DNA of 63,678 nt, the filler included, from Folioceros fuciformis (taxonomy: Eukaryota), in assembly GCA_049999805.1 (NCBI GenBank). It is 8 parts of 8 records of this genome, joined end to end, with 100 filler letters (N's around TTAATTAATTAA, not from the genome) between each part and the next. Parts side by side here need not be neighbours in the genome. Positions count along the whole stretch, not along the records: positions 14,760 to 27,537 come from JBNGIO010001705.1; positions 27,638 to 43,962 come from JBNGIO010001706.1; 6 more parts are not named here. One strand, given 5' to 3'. Of the stretch, positions 14,937 to 27,855 are shown one piece after another. Made by a program: the position numbers and the translations under genes. How positions within the stretch are numbered: the first letter of the stretch is position 1; every line of letters starts with the position of its first letter. The notes beneath the pieces were generated by a model. It did no database searches and was not told the DNA's origin. It saw only the letters and a list, made by a program, of their open reading frames with translations.

Positions 14937-16889
14937 ATGTTTTCGCTCCAGAATGTTGCTGGTGCTAGGGCTCTGCTCTCGGGGGATGGCTGCTGCACCT
15001 CGTCGTCTGCACAGATATCCTGGAAACTTGGAATACAGGCTGCGCGGTTTCAAGGGCCACAGACGAGGAACCGCAAGTCCTTCATTGGTAGGCTGTTGTG
15101 TGAAGGCTGTTAATGTTGTCATTTCTGCCTCTGGGTGGAATGTGACCCGGCTGTCTCTTCGTGCTCAGTCTTGACTGCTGCAAATCCTGTGCCGGAGAGG
15201 GAGCGCACGGAGTGTAAGAGCAATGCGAGCGAGGAGGATTTTCTGGGATGGAATGATGTGGAGGAGATGTCAGTGGACGGTTCCCGTGGCACCGATCATG
15301 AAGTCAGGGCAAGGGGTGCAGGTACGGACTCGCAGCAGGCTAAGCAAAGGGTTTATGCTCCCGCACGGAGGGCGGCTAGGACGATCCTCACTGGTCGGCT
15401 ACGAGGTGAGGACATCCTGCAGGCCGCCAAGGCAGCAGGGCTGCAGGTAGGCTTGAGGGCTATGAACGTGCTGATGCACGAGCTGGGCAATCTGAACGAA
15501 ATCGACGGAGCAGTGGACACGTTCAAGGCGTTCAGGGCGGCCGGTGTGGATCCTAACTACATTGTGTGCACCACTCTCATCTTCATCCTCGGCAAGGGCC
15601 GCCGATTCCCCGAGGCGCAGCATGTGTTTCGATGGACACTCCAGCGGGTGCCGGAGCCCCCTACCCCGGACTTCTTCCACACCTTCATGATAGCCTGCGC
15701 CAAGTGCAGGAACTCCGGCGCTGCCGCACAGGCGTTTAAGGAGCTGGAGCAGCGGGGGATGGCGCCTGGGAGGGCAGCGTACATGGGAGTGGTGTCCGCG
15801 TACCTCTCGGGCGGGGAGCGAGAGCAAGCGGAGGCGTGGCTCGCGAGGATGCGGGATGGCGGGATGGAGCCCGTGTGCAGCGACTACGAGGCGATGATTG
15901 CGGCGTGCGCGCGGGCAAGGAGAGCGCAGGATGCGTCCGCCATCTTCAGGGAGATGCAGGAGCGGGGAGTGGAGGCCAGCGATGTGAGCCACCACGCCCT
16001 GCTTTCAGCCTACGACAGGTGCGATCAGTGGCGGGACGCGCTGCGCGTCCTAGTGTCCATGCGGGAGCCCAAGCAGGTAGCTTGGAGCACGGCGCTCAGC
16101 GCGTGCGCCAGGGCCGGGCAGGCGGGCGTGGCGGAGGACCTGCTGGCGGAGATGCAGGCGCGAGGGTGCGCTCCTAGCGTGGTGGCGTGGAGCTGTTTAG
16201 TGGAGGCTTACCGGAGAGCGGGCGACTGGAGGGGCGCGAGGTCTGCCGTGGAGGCGATGTTGGCGGCCGGGGTTACTCCCAATGAAGTCACCTGGTGCTC
16301 GCTGATGGAGTGTTACGCCGCGGCGGGGGAGGCGGACCGGGCCGGACGGGCGCTGGACCAGGTGACCCGGCCCGGGGTGGTGGTCTGGACCGCGGCCATC
16401 GCCTGTGCGCGGGAGCCGGGGAAGGCGCAAGCTTTCTTCAAGGAGATGCAGGACGCGAGGTGCGAGCCGAATGTGGCAACCTTCTCTTCGCTGATGAAGG
16501 TGCATGGCGACGCCGGAGAGTGGCAGCAGGCGGAGGCCGTGTTCCAGGAGATGGTGCGCTCGGGTGTGCCGCCGAACGCCATAGCCTGCGCCACGCTCAT
16601 GCGTGCATACGCTAAGGGCAAGCAGCTCGGCCGGGCCGGGGCGCTTCTCAGGCGAATGACGAGGCTGTATGGCGTGGAGCCGGACAAGTTCGTGTACACT
16701 GCGCTCCTGCGGGCGTGCTCTTTCTGTGGGGACTGGGAGCGGGCGGAGGCTGTGTTTGCGCATATGCGGGCCGCGGGGGTGGAGCTCGACGCAGTCGTCT
16801 TCCAGGAGATGATGCGGACTTACGAAGCTCATGGCCAGACTGACAAATCCGTTCGCCTCATGGATGCTATGGCCAGCGGGCTGAGCTAG
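14937..16889 (+). CDS. P-class pentatricopeptide repeat protein, organelle-targeted (exons 14937-15087 and 15169-16889)
   Basis: Tandem 35-aa P motifs (PSVVAWSCLVEAY, PNEVTWCSLMECY, PNVATFSSLMKVH, PDKFVYTALLRAC). An 81-nt phase-1 GT-AG intron joins a transit-peptide-like first exon (MFSLQNVAGARALL...) in frame. Confidence 0.92.
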
Positions 16890-17095
16890 GTGAGCGTTTC
16901 GAGCATCTCAATCAGGCTCACAAGGATGGCTTCCTTGATGGACGGGACATTTATGAGGAGCATTGAATCAATCCCCAAGAGTCATGTGATATCGGGATCT
17001 ACGCAAGCGCCCGATCAAAACATATTTTTGCAACAAAGGTAGTTACATCTAGACACAAAGCGCAACCGGAACAAGCCGGAGATGAAAATCGCGAC

Positions 17096-18269
17096 TCATC
17101 CTGTCCGGAGAATGATGTGCACACCACTGTCCGTGTCGATGATCTCGCTCAACTCTCCCACCTTAAGAGAGAAGGCTGCATCTTCAAAGGACTTCTGCAT
17201 TTTTCCTCGGGGGAACCATCCTGCACACACACGACAAGTAAACTGGCAAACTTAGCAATGCATAGAACTCCGGGAATATTACAACGACAGTTAGTATTTG
17301 GAACGTTGTCATGTCATCGTGGTTGCAAGTTTTCGCGCAGTATTCGATACCAGACAGAGGCCTGACATCTAAGACTGTTTCTTGGTAGGGTTGTGCTGCC
17401 CTATCTGGCGGATTGGAAGGAACAAGCAAGCTTAGAGAGTGTGCACTGCGAAAGGCGCAGAATGCAGCTAAAGCTCAGGCTGACCAGCCGCGAGACCTCG
17501 TATGATGCGATGTGAAATGCAGAGAACGACCATCTCCAAAAGGACTCCAGAAGTTTCTAGCTTCGTCAGGCAGTAAAACATCTACTTCGGCCAAAGAAAT
17601 ACGAGGAAGCATCTCCCGCTTTTACTATCTGAACAGAACTAGGAATATCCCATGGCCCTCACACGCCTGCGGCAACACCACAGTACAGAAGTGTCGTACA
17701 CCACGATCTACGAATCTGCAGAGCACCAGACGCATTAGTTCAGATGTGTAAAGCACACTGTGTAAAGCGCCCGGCACCGCAGGTGACCGATGGTTTACTT
17801 GTCCATCCACAACAGGTAAGGTTTTACGACCATGAGCATGAAACCGGCGATGACCTAGAGCGCTGCAAACTCAGAACTGCAGAGCAAAGCACATCAGATA
17901 TCGAAGGGCAGAGCTTTAACGCGAAACATGGGGAAGTCTAGGTGATACAAGTCCAAACCTACAGTGCAACGCATAGCCGAGAGGTTAAAACACAAGAACA
18001 CCATTGCTGCAATGGAACTTCGCAACAACCATCTCACCAAGATCCCCCCCTCGCTTAGCTGAGCTGCAGTCCGAGTGCTGAAGAGCCAGATCCGCCAGTT
18101 GCTTTCCTCCGTAGACGACTTCGTCCCGAAGCGTCTGGAGCTTTGCAACCGCTGCATCATGCGTCGTGTTCTCGATAACCTTGCCGTCCGGATCGCGCCA
18201 GGATGCTCGCCTTCGAGAATTCTGGTGCTTCACCAACAAATGCGCTGCACGTATTTGCTCAGTACTCAT
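17096..18269 (-). CDS. PIN1: Pin1-type parvulin peptidyl-prolyl isomerase (plant type, no WW domain); exons 18269-18038 and 17220-17096
   Basis: [27 protein letters not shown]...[14 protein letters not shown] spliced to [40 protein letters not shown]. Confidence 0.95.
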
Positions 18270-19494
18270 CTTGGTATCCCGTGTGTGATGCCACCCAAGC
18301 CGCCGCTCCCTGCTACCAGCAATCGACACTGGATGCCACACCACACGAAAATTGCACCCTGGCAACCCTATGTGAGTACCGCAACTAGGGCTTAGGTCAA
18401 TTCCCTGCCAATCAACCAGTGTGCCATCCCTATCCCACCTCACCGACCTCACAGAAGTATCTCAGTAGGTACATACTGGATATGTATCTCGGTACAATCG
18501 GCAACTTGTAAACATGCTCCGTTCTCGTTCTAGCTTTACCTAAAAAGGAACCCACCTCAACACTCGCATCTCAAATAAATAATATATGAAATATTTTAAT
18601 ATTTTTATTTGATAAAGTGGTTTTTAGATTTTCAATATTGTCAAGGCCATAGTGAAAGGTATGTATTTACATCCTTTCAAACTTGAAAAATCAATATTTG
18701 TGTAGGGCTACACGACGAAGTATACTCAAGCACACCTCCTTGTGTGTGCATCCTTTTTTCAAGGTTTTGAGGTCCTTAGTAAACCCATGACCCCCCCTTG
18801 GATATGACCCTAGGGTCATGATGTTTTTCACCAATGTTCCCTTTATGAGCCTTTCAAAGTTGCACACCAACCTTTTTTATCACTTTGAGTACAAAGAGTG
18901 GTCGAATCCCCAACCACCGATGCCCTTTGAAGCAAAATATGTCTCAAGAAGCTATCTTCTTGAATACATCAAGAAGTGATAGTCATGAGAACTCCATAAT
19001 CCCTAATTAGCAAGGTCCTTCTTCTTTCAAGTAGTCCTCCAAGTCCTGCAAAGTGACATTTGCACCCACTTTTAAACGTTGTTGAAATAAATGACTCCTT
19101 ACCCCCAAATTGGTGAAGCACACTACTCTGTCATACATCCCACCTATAACAAGCATACTCATATATATCATACTTCTTAAAATGATTTACTACTGGTGTA
19201 TAAGCGGCATATATATACACATTTATTTCCATGATTACTATTAATATCTAAAAAAATTATACCATCGGATTTTAATGCAAGAGTGCTGCACCTAGAATTA
19301 AGAGGATTCTATGAAATATTCCGAATTTTGGAATTGCCCGCTTTGGTAGCATGGTTACCATCAGCAGTAACAGGAAACTGCCGATTTATTCCTCCGTCAA
19401 CATGGCAGGGTCTCATTAGAGGCAGTGAGATTAGGGTGAACCTGAAGTGTTAACCTTGTACAGTATATGGAGGTTGGTTATATACATGAAACCG

Positions 19495-21540
19495 CTAGTC
19501 AGAGTGCAGAGGCCTTCTCCACTGCGACGCTGACTTGAGATCGTCGGCGACGGAATCCGCAGAGCTGATGTATCGTTTCAGAGCGGAAGACACATACTCT
19601 TTGTGGCTCATACACATCTCTACGATTTGAAATCTTTCGTTGCAGTCCCTCTTGAGCTCTTCGTTCATCGCCTTGATCTTCTCGTTGTAGTCTGCTATCC
19701 TCCTCTGCATGTGGTAAGGAGGAATGAGTGAGACTTCAAAGCCTTTAAATGCAGGTGTTGAAAGGTTAAGAAGCCAAGATTTCTCACGCGAACAAACCTG
19801 CACTTGATCTTGCAGTGATTTCAGGCGTTGTTCAGCAGATGCCACATTCTGAAGTAAGGCTTCTTGCTCCTCAGCCGTTGTAGACAGATCAGCTTCCAGC
19901 TTTTCCTTGATAGCGTTGCACTTAGCTTCAAGCTGTTCCAGGGAAATGCTTCTGAGTGATTGACAGTTCTCAATGCATACTCCGGACGGTACTAGGAAGC
20001 ATTGGGGCAGACCTTGTGGTGCTGAGACTCTTGGGCTGCTATCTTGTCGAGCAGCTCTTGCTTGGCCTTGTTGCCCTCATATAGCTGCTTCTGGATTGCC
20101 AACCGTTCCTCTTGGTCGGCCACCATGTTTTTCTCGCTCAGTGATTTGAGCTCTTTGATCTTTGGTTTCACAGTCCCCTTTAGGTCTTCAAGAATGATTT
20201 CAGTAACTTTGTCGGCTCTGGGGTTGACAATCAGCTCAAACTCGCCATCCCCTTCGCTGACTGTGAACTGTAGCCTGAATGTAAAGTGTTACACCAGTCA
20301 TAGGTGAGGAACTACAGACAGACAGATTTGTGTTGGATGACGTTAGAAAGTCATCATACCTTCGGGCCAACTCGTTGAAGGTGGTGACTGCAGCTTCAAC
20401 ATCCTTGAGCTTCCTTGACAACTGCACTTCGCAGTCCCATTCTGTTTTTTTCACCTCCTCGATCTCCGCCTGTACTGCTTGCAAGTTCAACCCCAAAAGC
20501 TGTGAATCCTTGGCCATGAGCTCGTAGTCCACAGATTTGACTTGCTGTGCATCTACTCTTTCCTTCAGACTGGCGTTCTCCCGCTCTACAGCTGTCCTTT
20601 CGGCTTGTTTTGCACCTAGGTCAGCCTTCTTCTCCTCCACTTTCTTGGCACAAGCTACAGTGTGATCCTGAAAACTGTTGACAACCGCAATGAGCTTCTC
20701 AATGTCCGCTGCCAAATCGGTCTTTTCAGCTTTCAGTACATCTTGGGGATCGACTTGCAATTCCTGTAGCTTCTCCTCCTGCTGTAGAAGCTCTAATTCA
20801 GCCTTCTCCTGCTCCTCCGCCAAAGCCTCACACTCCTGCAAGAAGTGGTCTTGGAAAGCAGCCTCCAGTGCCTCGCATTGCTCATCCATCCCTTGTAGAA
20901 AATATGCATAGCTCTGTGCCGCTGACTCAAACAGTGCCCTTCCCCCTCTGTCACCCCCGAGTGGCTCCCCCCCTGCATCAAATTCTTGCCCCTGCAAATC
21001 CTCTTCGTTAGCCCGCTCTTCATACACAAGCAGGTTCACCAGCCAGGTAAGAGCAGCTAACAGCCCGGGCCAAGTCTGCGGGCTCCCGGCAGCATACAAA
21101 GCGCTCTTGTTGATCACAAACGGGTACCCCAGCCGTTTGAACATAGCATGCACATCCTCCTCCAGTTTCGTCATCTTCACATTCACATCCACCTGTTTGA
21201 ACAGAAACAGAATGATCCCGGTAATCTCCTTCTGCGTCGGTGACGCCAGCAGCTTCTGCGACACCACAGCAGTGTAGCCATGCGTGGTGAGGTAGGACAT
21301 GAGAGTCTTGACGCACTCCATCTGGAAATTCTTGTCTCCGATTGGCCGCGGATCTGCGCGAGCCTGCGTGCCTGCTCTGCCGTGCATGGACGCCCGGTGC
21401 GATAGGCTAGACCTGCCATTAGGCCTCGGCGCATGCGGAAGAGACACCCTAGGCTGCTTCGGGCCACCTGCTCGCGGAGGCGGCCTGCCTCTACTGTTCA
21501 GCTGGGAGGGACTCAAGCTGGCTAGCGTGTTCCGCCTCAT
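19495..21540 (-). CDS. NDC80: Kinetochore protein NDC80/HEC1, four exons
   Basis: Basic N-terminal tail, DPRPIGDKNFQ, CH-domain motif LGYPFVINKSALYAAGSPQTWPGLLAALTWLV and a long coiled coil. Three short GT-AG introns join the downstream exons in frame. Confidence 0.93.
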
Positions 21541-22085
21541 CCTTTCTCTTCCAAGCCAACGACCGTCCTCCAGTCCTCACCGCCTTAAATCCTACTTGAA
21601 ACGCAACATTCTGAAATCAAGGGGCACTAAACGATCCTCCCTGCTCCATCCATCCACAGATCAACTTGGTTTTGTGCGCATTCAAGCAATCGGATTCAGA
21701 GGTAACGGCCGACACAAGACCAAAAAGCGCGGGAAAAGCCTTCCCTTGCTTTGACAGGCCATCTTGCGACTCATTCGCGCGCCTCTGCTCACTCACGCTT
21801 GCGCACAAGCATTCCTCTCGCATTCCGCAGGCATCACCTCCGGCGGAGCGTAGATGCCTGCAACTGATCAACCAACACAACATTCTCCCATCGCACAGAC
21901 GCCCCGCAGTGAGAGTCTAGAAGAACGTTCAAAACTTCAAACACATTTTGCGCAGAACGTCTCTCCTAAAATACGTATTTTAAAATGCGTGTTTAAAACC
22001 GGTCCTCGATCCGCATGACTAGGAATGTACAAAAGGCAATTTTCTAATAGAATTTCACCTGAGGGTCCATTGAATTGTGTAGGTA

Positions 22086-25000
22086 CTAAGTGCTCTCATT
22101 AACTTCAATGTGAAGTTGTTGCTCATCCTGTTTTACATCTTTTGGTAGGCTTCTGAGAGTGGCGTAAATGTGGTCCTTCAGCGGATGTTGTGTGTCTCGA
22201 ACAGCAAATCTGTGCATGTAATGTTCATGCTCAATCCAGCTGCATCCTGTCTCCCCCTTTGCTTCAGCAGCAGCCATCTTTCTCCGAGTGTCAGCTTCCT
22301 CGTCCAGCCAGCCAGCAGCTGAATAGATGTTGGCCATCAGATCATAAGCTGCTGCATTTCCTGGTTCCAGCTCCACGATTCGCTGAAAGGATCGCCGGGC
22401 TACTTCCAAGTTGCCATGACTTTGGCAGGCTGCAAGGACAGACCTCCACATTGCAGCGTGAGGCTGCAAAGGCATTTGCAGGATGAGGTCCTCCGCCTCC
22501 AGCACATGTCCGGATCGGGCAAGGAGGTCCACCAGGCAGGAGACGTGGTGCAGCCCAGGATTGATGCCGAAGTGATCAGACATTGAGTGGAACAGCTTCC
22601 GTGCAGTATCCAATAGACCAGCGTGGCTGCACGCGGATAGGACAGAAAGGAAGGTGACATCAGTGGGCTTGAGACCTTCCTCCTGCATTTCCGTGAAGGC
22701 CAGAAGAGCTTCCTGAGCATGACCATGTCGAGCGTATCCCCCTATGAGAGCATTCCATGACACAGCATTTCGTTCTGGCAAGTGGTCGAACACCTGCTTT
22801 GCTCCATCTAGGTGCCCGCATTTTGCATACATGTCAACCAGGGTGCTACCGACAGCTATGTCGGCACAAGTCTCCTCACAAAGTTGAGCATGAACCGCTG
22901 TTCCTTTGTCCAGAGCTGACATGCCACCACATGCTCTGAGGACGCTCACAATAGTAAGCTTATTCGCTTTGATGCCCGCCTGCTGCATTTCTTGAAACAG
23001 AGCAAGAGCCTCCTGATCATGTCCATGCTCGACGCATCCTTCAATCAAAACATTCCAGGCCGATACCTTCCGTTCTGTCAGGCGGTCAAACACATGTCGT
23101 GCTTCAACTAGGCTCCCACATCTCACGTACATGTCCACCAGGACGCTGGAAAGGCCCGCATCCAACTCCAACCGCATGCTGTGGAGGGCAGCATGAATCT
23201 GCTTACCGAGGTCTAGAGCTGCTAGCCTGCCGCAAGCCTTGAGGATAATCATGAAGGTGGCTTTACTGGGAAGCACGCCGTCAAGTTGCATTTGCTCGTA
23301 TAGCTGAAGAGCTTCCTCGGCGTGCCCTTGCTGCACACATCCCCCGATCATGGCGTTCCAGGATATCAAATCTCTGTCGAGCAACTTGTCAAAGACATGC
23401 TTTGCCTGACTCAAGCTCCCCAGCATACTGTACATGTCAATTAGACTATTTCCAATAGCAAGATCTGATTCCCAACCCCTCTCAATAAGCTGTATATGGC
23501 ATTGCTTGGCAGCGTCTAGAGCACCAATGCTGCCACAAGCCTTGAGTATGCTCAAGAACGTCACTCTCTCCGGGCTCACTCCGTCCTGTTGCATTTGCCA
23601 CAGAAGTTGCAAAGCTTCCTCACCATGCCCTTGCTGGACATATCCACCTACCATGGCATTCCATGAGACCACTGTTTTATGCTTTAGCGCATTGAAAGTG
23701 CTGTGGGCCTCGTCCAGGGTCCAACACTTTGCATACATGTCAACAAGGGTGTTGCCCAATTCTACGTCAGAGTCAAGCTCAAGCTCCACAAGCTTCTCGT
23801 GCACTTGCCTACCTTGATCAAGTGCAGCTGCGTTGCCACAGGCTTTAAGGATAATAAGCATTGTTACTTTATCTGGCCCAATTCCACGTCGTTGCATCTC
23901 GTGAAATAGTAGGAGGGCCTCCCGCGCTTGGCCATAATGGGTATATCCTGACAGTAGGGCATTCCACGACACAATGTTTTTCTCAGGCAGATTCTCAAAC
24001 ACTTCCTGAGCATCCTTGAGGCTGCCACATTTAGCATACATGTCCACGATCACGCTCCCCAACACTACATCCAAATAGAGCCCACTCTTCATCAGCAGCG
24101 CATGAATCTCCTGTCCCTTCACGAAAGTAGCCGTCCAGGCACATGCTTTCAAAGTGCTAACGAATGTGACCCTGTCTGGTTGCACGCCTGCTTTGCACAT
24201 GCATTCGAAAATTTCGAGAGCCTCATGACCCCGCCCATGGTTTGTATATCCCGTGATCATTGTATTCCAAGACACAGCATCAACTTGTGGTAAGTCCAGA
24301 AATACCTTCCAAGCTTCATCCGGGCTTTTGCACTTGACATACATGTCAAGCAGGGTGTTGCCAACATATAGATTTGCCTCATATCCAGTCTCTAGAATGT
24401 GCGCATGGATGAGTCTGCCTTCTTTCAGAGCTGCTGCACCGGCACAAGCCTTCAGAGCAGCCACGTAAATGAAGTCGTTAGCCTTGGAACCTGAGTGTTG
24501 CATTCTTTGATATAACTTGATAGCCTGCTTGCAGTCACCATGATCAGCATAAGCAGATATGATTGCCTCCCAGGTGTGCGTAGTCGGTTTCACAATCTTG
24601 CAGAAAACTTGGTCTGCTTCAAGCAGGTTACCACATGAAGCAAACAGGCGGATCAAACTGTTTGATAAATATGTATTAGAGTCCAAACCTTCCTCCACCA
24701 TAAAAGAGTGCACTTTTCTTCCCACTGGCAGATTTTTCTCTCTGATGCATTGTTGCAATAGCGAATGTAACAAGTGTGTTGTGATCCGGCTTCCTCTTTC
24801 ACGCGAACGCTTCACAGCCCGAAGTGCTCTTTCAAGCCGTCCTTCTCGGCTTGATTCGCTTAACTTTCTGTCCACTTTGCCCTCGATCCTGCAACTCCAA
24901 AAACTTCAATCGTACTAAAAAAGACAAAATCAGAGCTATGACACCCCAATTTACCAAACGACGGAGAATGCTGCCTGACAGCAGAATTACCTGCCACCAC

Positions 25001-25310
25001 TGCCCCTTGGGCTGTTGCAGTTTGTATGAGAGATTGAGCAGAGTTGTGCCGTCAGATGCACAGCCAGGAACTTTGGTATGGAGGTTCTGGCTCCTGCTTC
25101 AAACCCAAGGCAACCTGAAGTACACAAACAAACGATGGTCATTCTGAGCCATTCCTGAAACACGACGAGCAATCCACTTCAATCGTCCATTCTCGTAACT
25201 TCTCCAAGCTTTAGCTACTTACTCAATCTGTCATACCACGGAGTCGAAGGATGAAGCGGCTTGGTCCTCGACGTGTCTCTCGCTCCAATGGATGCCAATA
25301 CTCTGAACAT
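22086..25310 (-). CDS. PLS-class PPR protein with E/E+ extension and no DYW domain (putative organellar RNA-editing specificity factor); exons 25310-25223, 25114-24991, 24888-22086
   Basis: Repeated P-L-S triplets (VSWNAMIGG, VTFLSILKAC, LVDMYAKCG), E domain (WRSVLAACQSHGN) and a PG-box-like GCSWIE..HRF..D..HP, then stop. Two phase-compatible introns add an N-terminal MFRVLASIGARDTSRTK targeting-like peptide. Confidence 0.93.
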
Positions 25311-25724
25311 AGTCTTTAGGAGCTCATGCCATCCCTGTCCCACATCCCTGACACTCCTCTGAGGTTTCAGCTTGCTGCAACTCGGAGCGGTGATGTACCT
25401 TTGGCATGACGTGCGAACCTGGAACTATGCAGGACTTGAGCGTCCTCCTCTTCACTGCCACAGGCCTGTGCAATCCCCCACGGCCCTGCAAGCTAAGGAG
25501 GCCAAGTGGCAACCGAGTTACCAAGCCCCACGTGCAGCAGAAACGGCGCGGATGTGAGTGTTGGTAGACTGAGGTGGTTCCGACCCATCGCCATCGACCA
25601 GCTCCAGGTCCTCGGTTGCCGAAGAGGTCAGGCCCGTTACGCCATCACCAATCTGTGTTGGGCAAGCAGGGTATTCACCTGTAGCCGGCAAGCGCGAGTA
25701 CCACAAGGCAGTTTCGCTCAAGCG

Positions 25725-27242
25725 ATGTCAGGCTCCCAGGCACCCGAGGAAGCGGAGGGCATGACCCCACCGCCCGAGGACTCTGATCTTGCGGCTCACA
25801 AGGAGTCATGGACGAGGTTTGCCTCTGCTGGCCTGTCTTTGTGTTTGAATTCTTTTCAGATTTCTATGGGCTGAAAACGCACCACGCCGACAGGGAGCAA
25901 GAATGCTTGAAACGGAGGCTGATTCGGCACGATGACCATCCTTGGAAGCTTGGGCCCCCTTCTCAGCCTGGTGGTGCAAGTGCATCAGAAGCTGCTTCAG
26001 ATGGGCAGCAATTGCTGCAGCTTGTTGCAGGAGTGGATCTGAGCTTCGATAAGCAAATTGCAGATCGTGCATGTGCATCCCTTGTCGTCATGCATATGGA
26101 TAACCTGACAGTGTTGTATGAGGACTTCCAGATAGTGCAATTGACAATGCCTTATATCCCTGGCTTTCTTGCTTTCCGTGAGGTCAGTCAACTCCATCCC
26201 CTCGGGCTATGAGAGCTGATGCTTGGTTGTGTGCCACAACGGACGTCGTCTCATCATAAGCGTCCACTGCTGTTTGGCTGCAGTGTCCTGTCCTTTTGAT
26301 GCTTCTCCAGAAGTTACAACACCTAAAGCCCGATCTGTACCCTCAGGTACTGGCAGCAAGACGATAAAAGTTGGCACTGAAAGTGCTGTACTTCTCTTCT
26401 GCAAACGACCCTCTAACTTCCTTGTGGTGAACTGGTCAGCTCTTGATGGTTGACGGAAATGGAATCCTACATCCACGAGGTAAACTCTCTCATCTTTGAG
26501 TACATTGCTTCAGTTCTGCCAAGGTTTCTCGTGTGCGCAAGATCGATCCATTTGACTTCCAGGATTCGGACTAGCATGCCAGCTCGGAGTTCTGGCTGAC
26601 ATCCCAAGCATCGGAATCGGCAAAAACGTGAGATAGACCAATACTCTTCGCCTCAAACATCTGTCTCTGCCTCAATGTCCGTTTGTGCCTCACTCTTTTG
26701 CTATGTTATCTTCCAGCTTTACCACCTGGACGGCCTTGCTGGTGCTGTGAGAGGCTGGCAATCTGATGCATCTCTCCTTGGGGGAGGCTCTGTACCCCTA
26801 GTGGGCAGCAGTGGTCAGATATGGGGAGCGGTATTTTTCTCTTCCCTCTCCTCTTCCTCCGTTCCGTCCTCCCTGCATCATCAACACTGTGGCCCCCGTC
26901 TCTAGCCAAAAGTCTCTCTGTGGCCGGTGCTGTTGAAGGCTTTGAGGAGCTACGATGGATGCACCAAGCCTATCTTCGTTTCAGTTGGACACAGAATCTC
27001 TCTTGAAACTGCTGTTGCAGTGGTTCGTCGACTGTGCATCTACAGAGTGCCAGAGCCTGTTCGGCAGGTTAGTACTTACAATCCTCTCACTCACTTTCTC
27101 CATCAAAGCTGCCAAGCTACATTTTCCGGGATGCCGTACTTACATGGCCTTCACTGTGCAATCCTTGCGATCCCTTTCTCTACCTCTGCTTCAGGCGGAT
27201 CTGAAGTCTCGAGAATTTCTTCGTTCACATCCTGGTCAATGA
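25725..27242 (+). CDS. ENDOV: Endonuclease V (Nfi/ENDOV family), multi-exon
   Basis: Exons encode VAGVDLSF, PYIPGFLAFRE, LMVDGNGILHPRGFGLAC, IPSIGIGKN, KPIFVSVGHRISLETA and RVPEPVRQADLKSRE. Confidence 0.95.
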
Positions 27243-27248
27243 CTGTCG

Positions 27249-27249
<1 letters not shown>

Positions 27250-27280
<31 letters not shown>
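27250..27280 (+). repeat. (TAT)n microsatellite in the ENDOV 3' UTR
   Basis: About 10 TAT units seen directly. Confidence 0.9.
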
Positions 27281-27537
27281 GGGTAATTACTATAACCTAG
27301 ATATCGTAAGAGGGCAATAATAAAATATCACCTAAACTTGTGGTTAGGTAGTGAAGGTGCTCATCAGGCGCCACGACTAGAGGGCGTTTTCGATGTGTTC
27401 GTGAGGAGAAAGAAGCAACTCGAGTCAGCCAGGCCAGGATTGCGTTTTTTGCGAGGCAGTTTAGCCCTGCAGTCGCTTTGGCTCGCTTTGCGGGCGAAGA
27501 CAGGAGCTCAGGTTTCGAGAAATTGCAATGCTGGGCT

Positions 27538-27637
27538 NNNNNNNNNNNNNNNNNNNNNNNNNNNNNNNNNNNNNNNNNNNNTTAATTAATTAANNNNNNN
27601 NNNNNNNNNNNNNNNNNNNNNNNNNNNNNNNNNNNNN
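27538..27637. other. Artificial contig linker
   Basis: N44-TTAATTAATTAA-N44. Confidence 0.97.
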
Positions 27638-27855
27638 CGCTTGCATTGTGCTCTAATTCTGCGAGTTCGTGCTCTCCTCCACAAATTGCGTGCCTGGCGC
27701 CCTGGCCCTGCCGTAGTGCCCGCCCCTGCAACCTTCCTCCTCTCGCCCTCGCCCTCGCTCTCGACCTCGCCATCGCTCGCTCCCTCTGCTTGTCCCTCCC
27801 CTCCTCCTCCCAGACCTCGGCCACGGCAAGAAGCCCCTCCCAATTTGCTGCGTCC

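Noticed and set aside
18540..19330. AT-rich block with a KSGCKCHF-like peptide and an ATGACCCTAGGGTCAT palindrome, as a Mutator-like remnant
   Set aside because: Many stops and no terminal repeats or TSD identified; too weak to call.
27638..27855. Conserved-peptide uORF of the HsfB1/TBF1 type in the HSF leader
   Set aside because: No matching uORF is visible, and the leader is cut by the gap, so this cannot be assessed.
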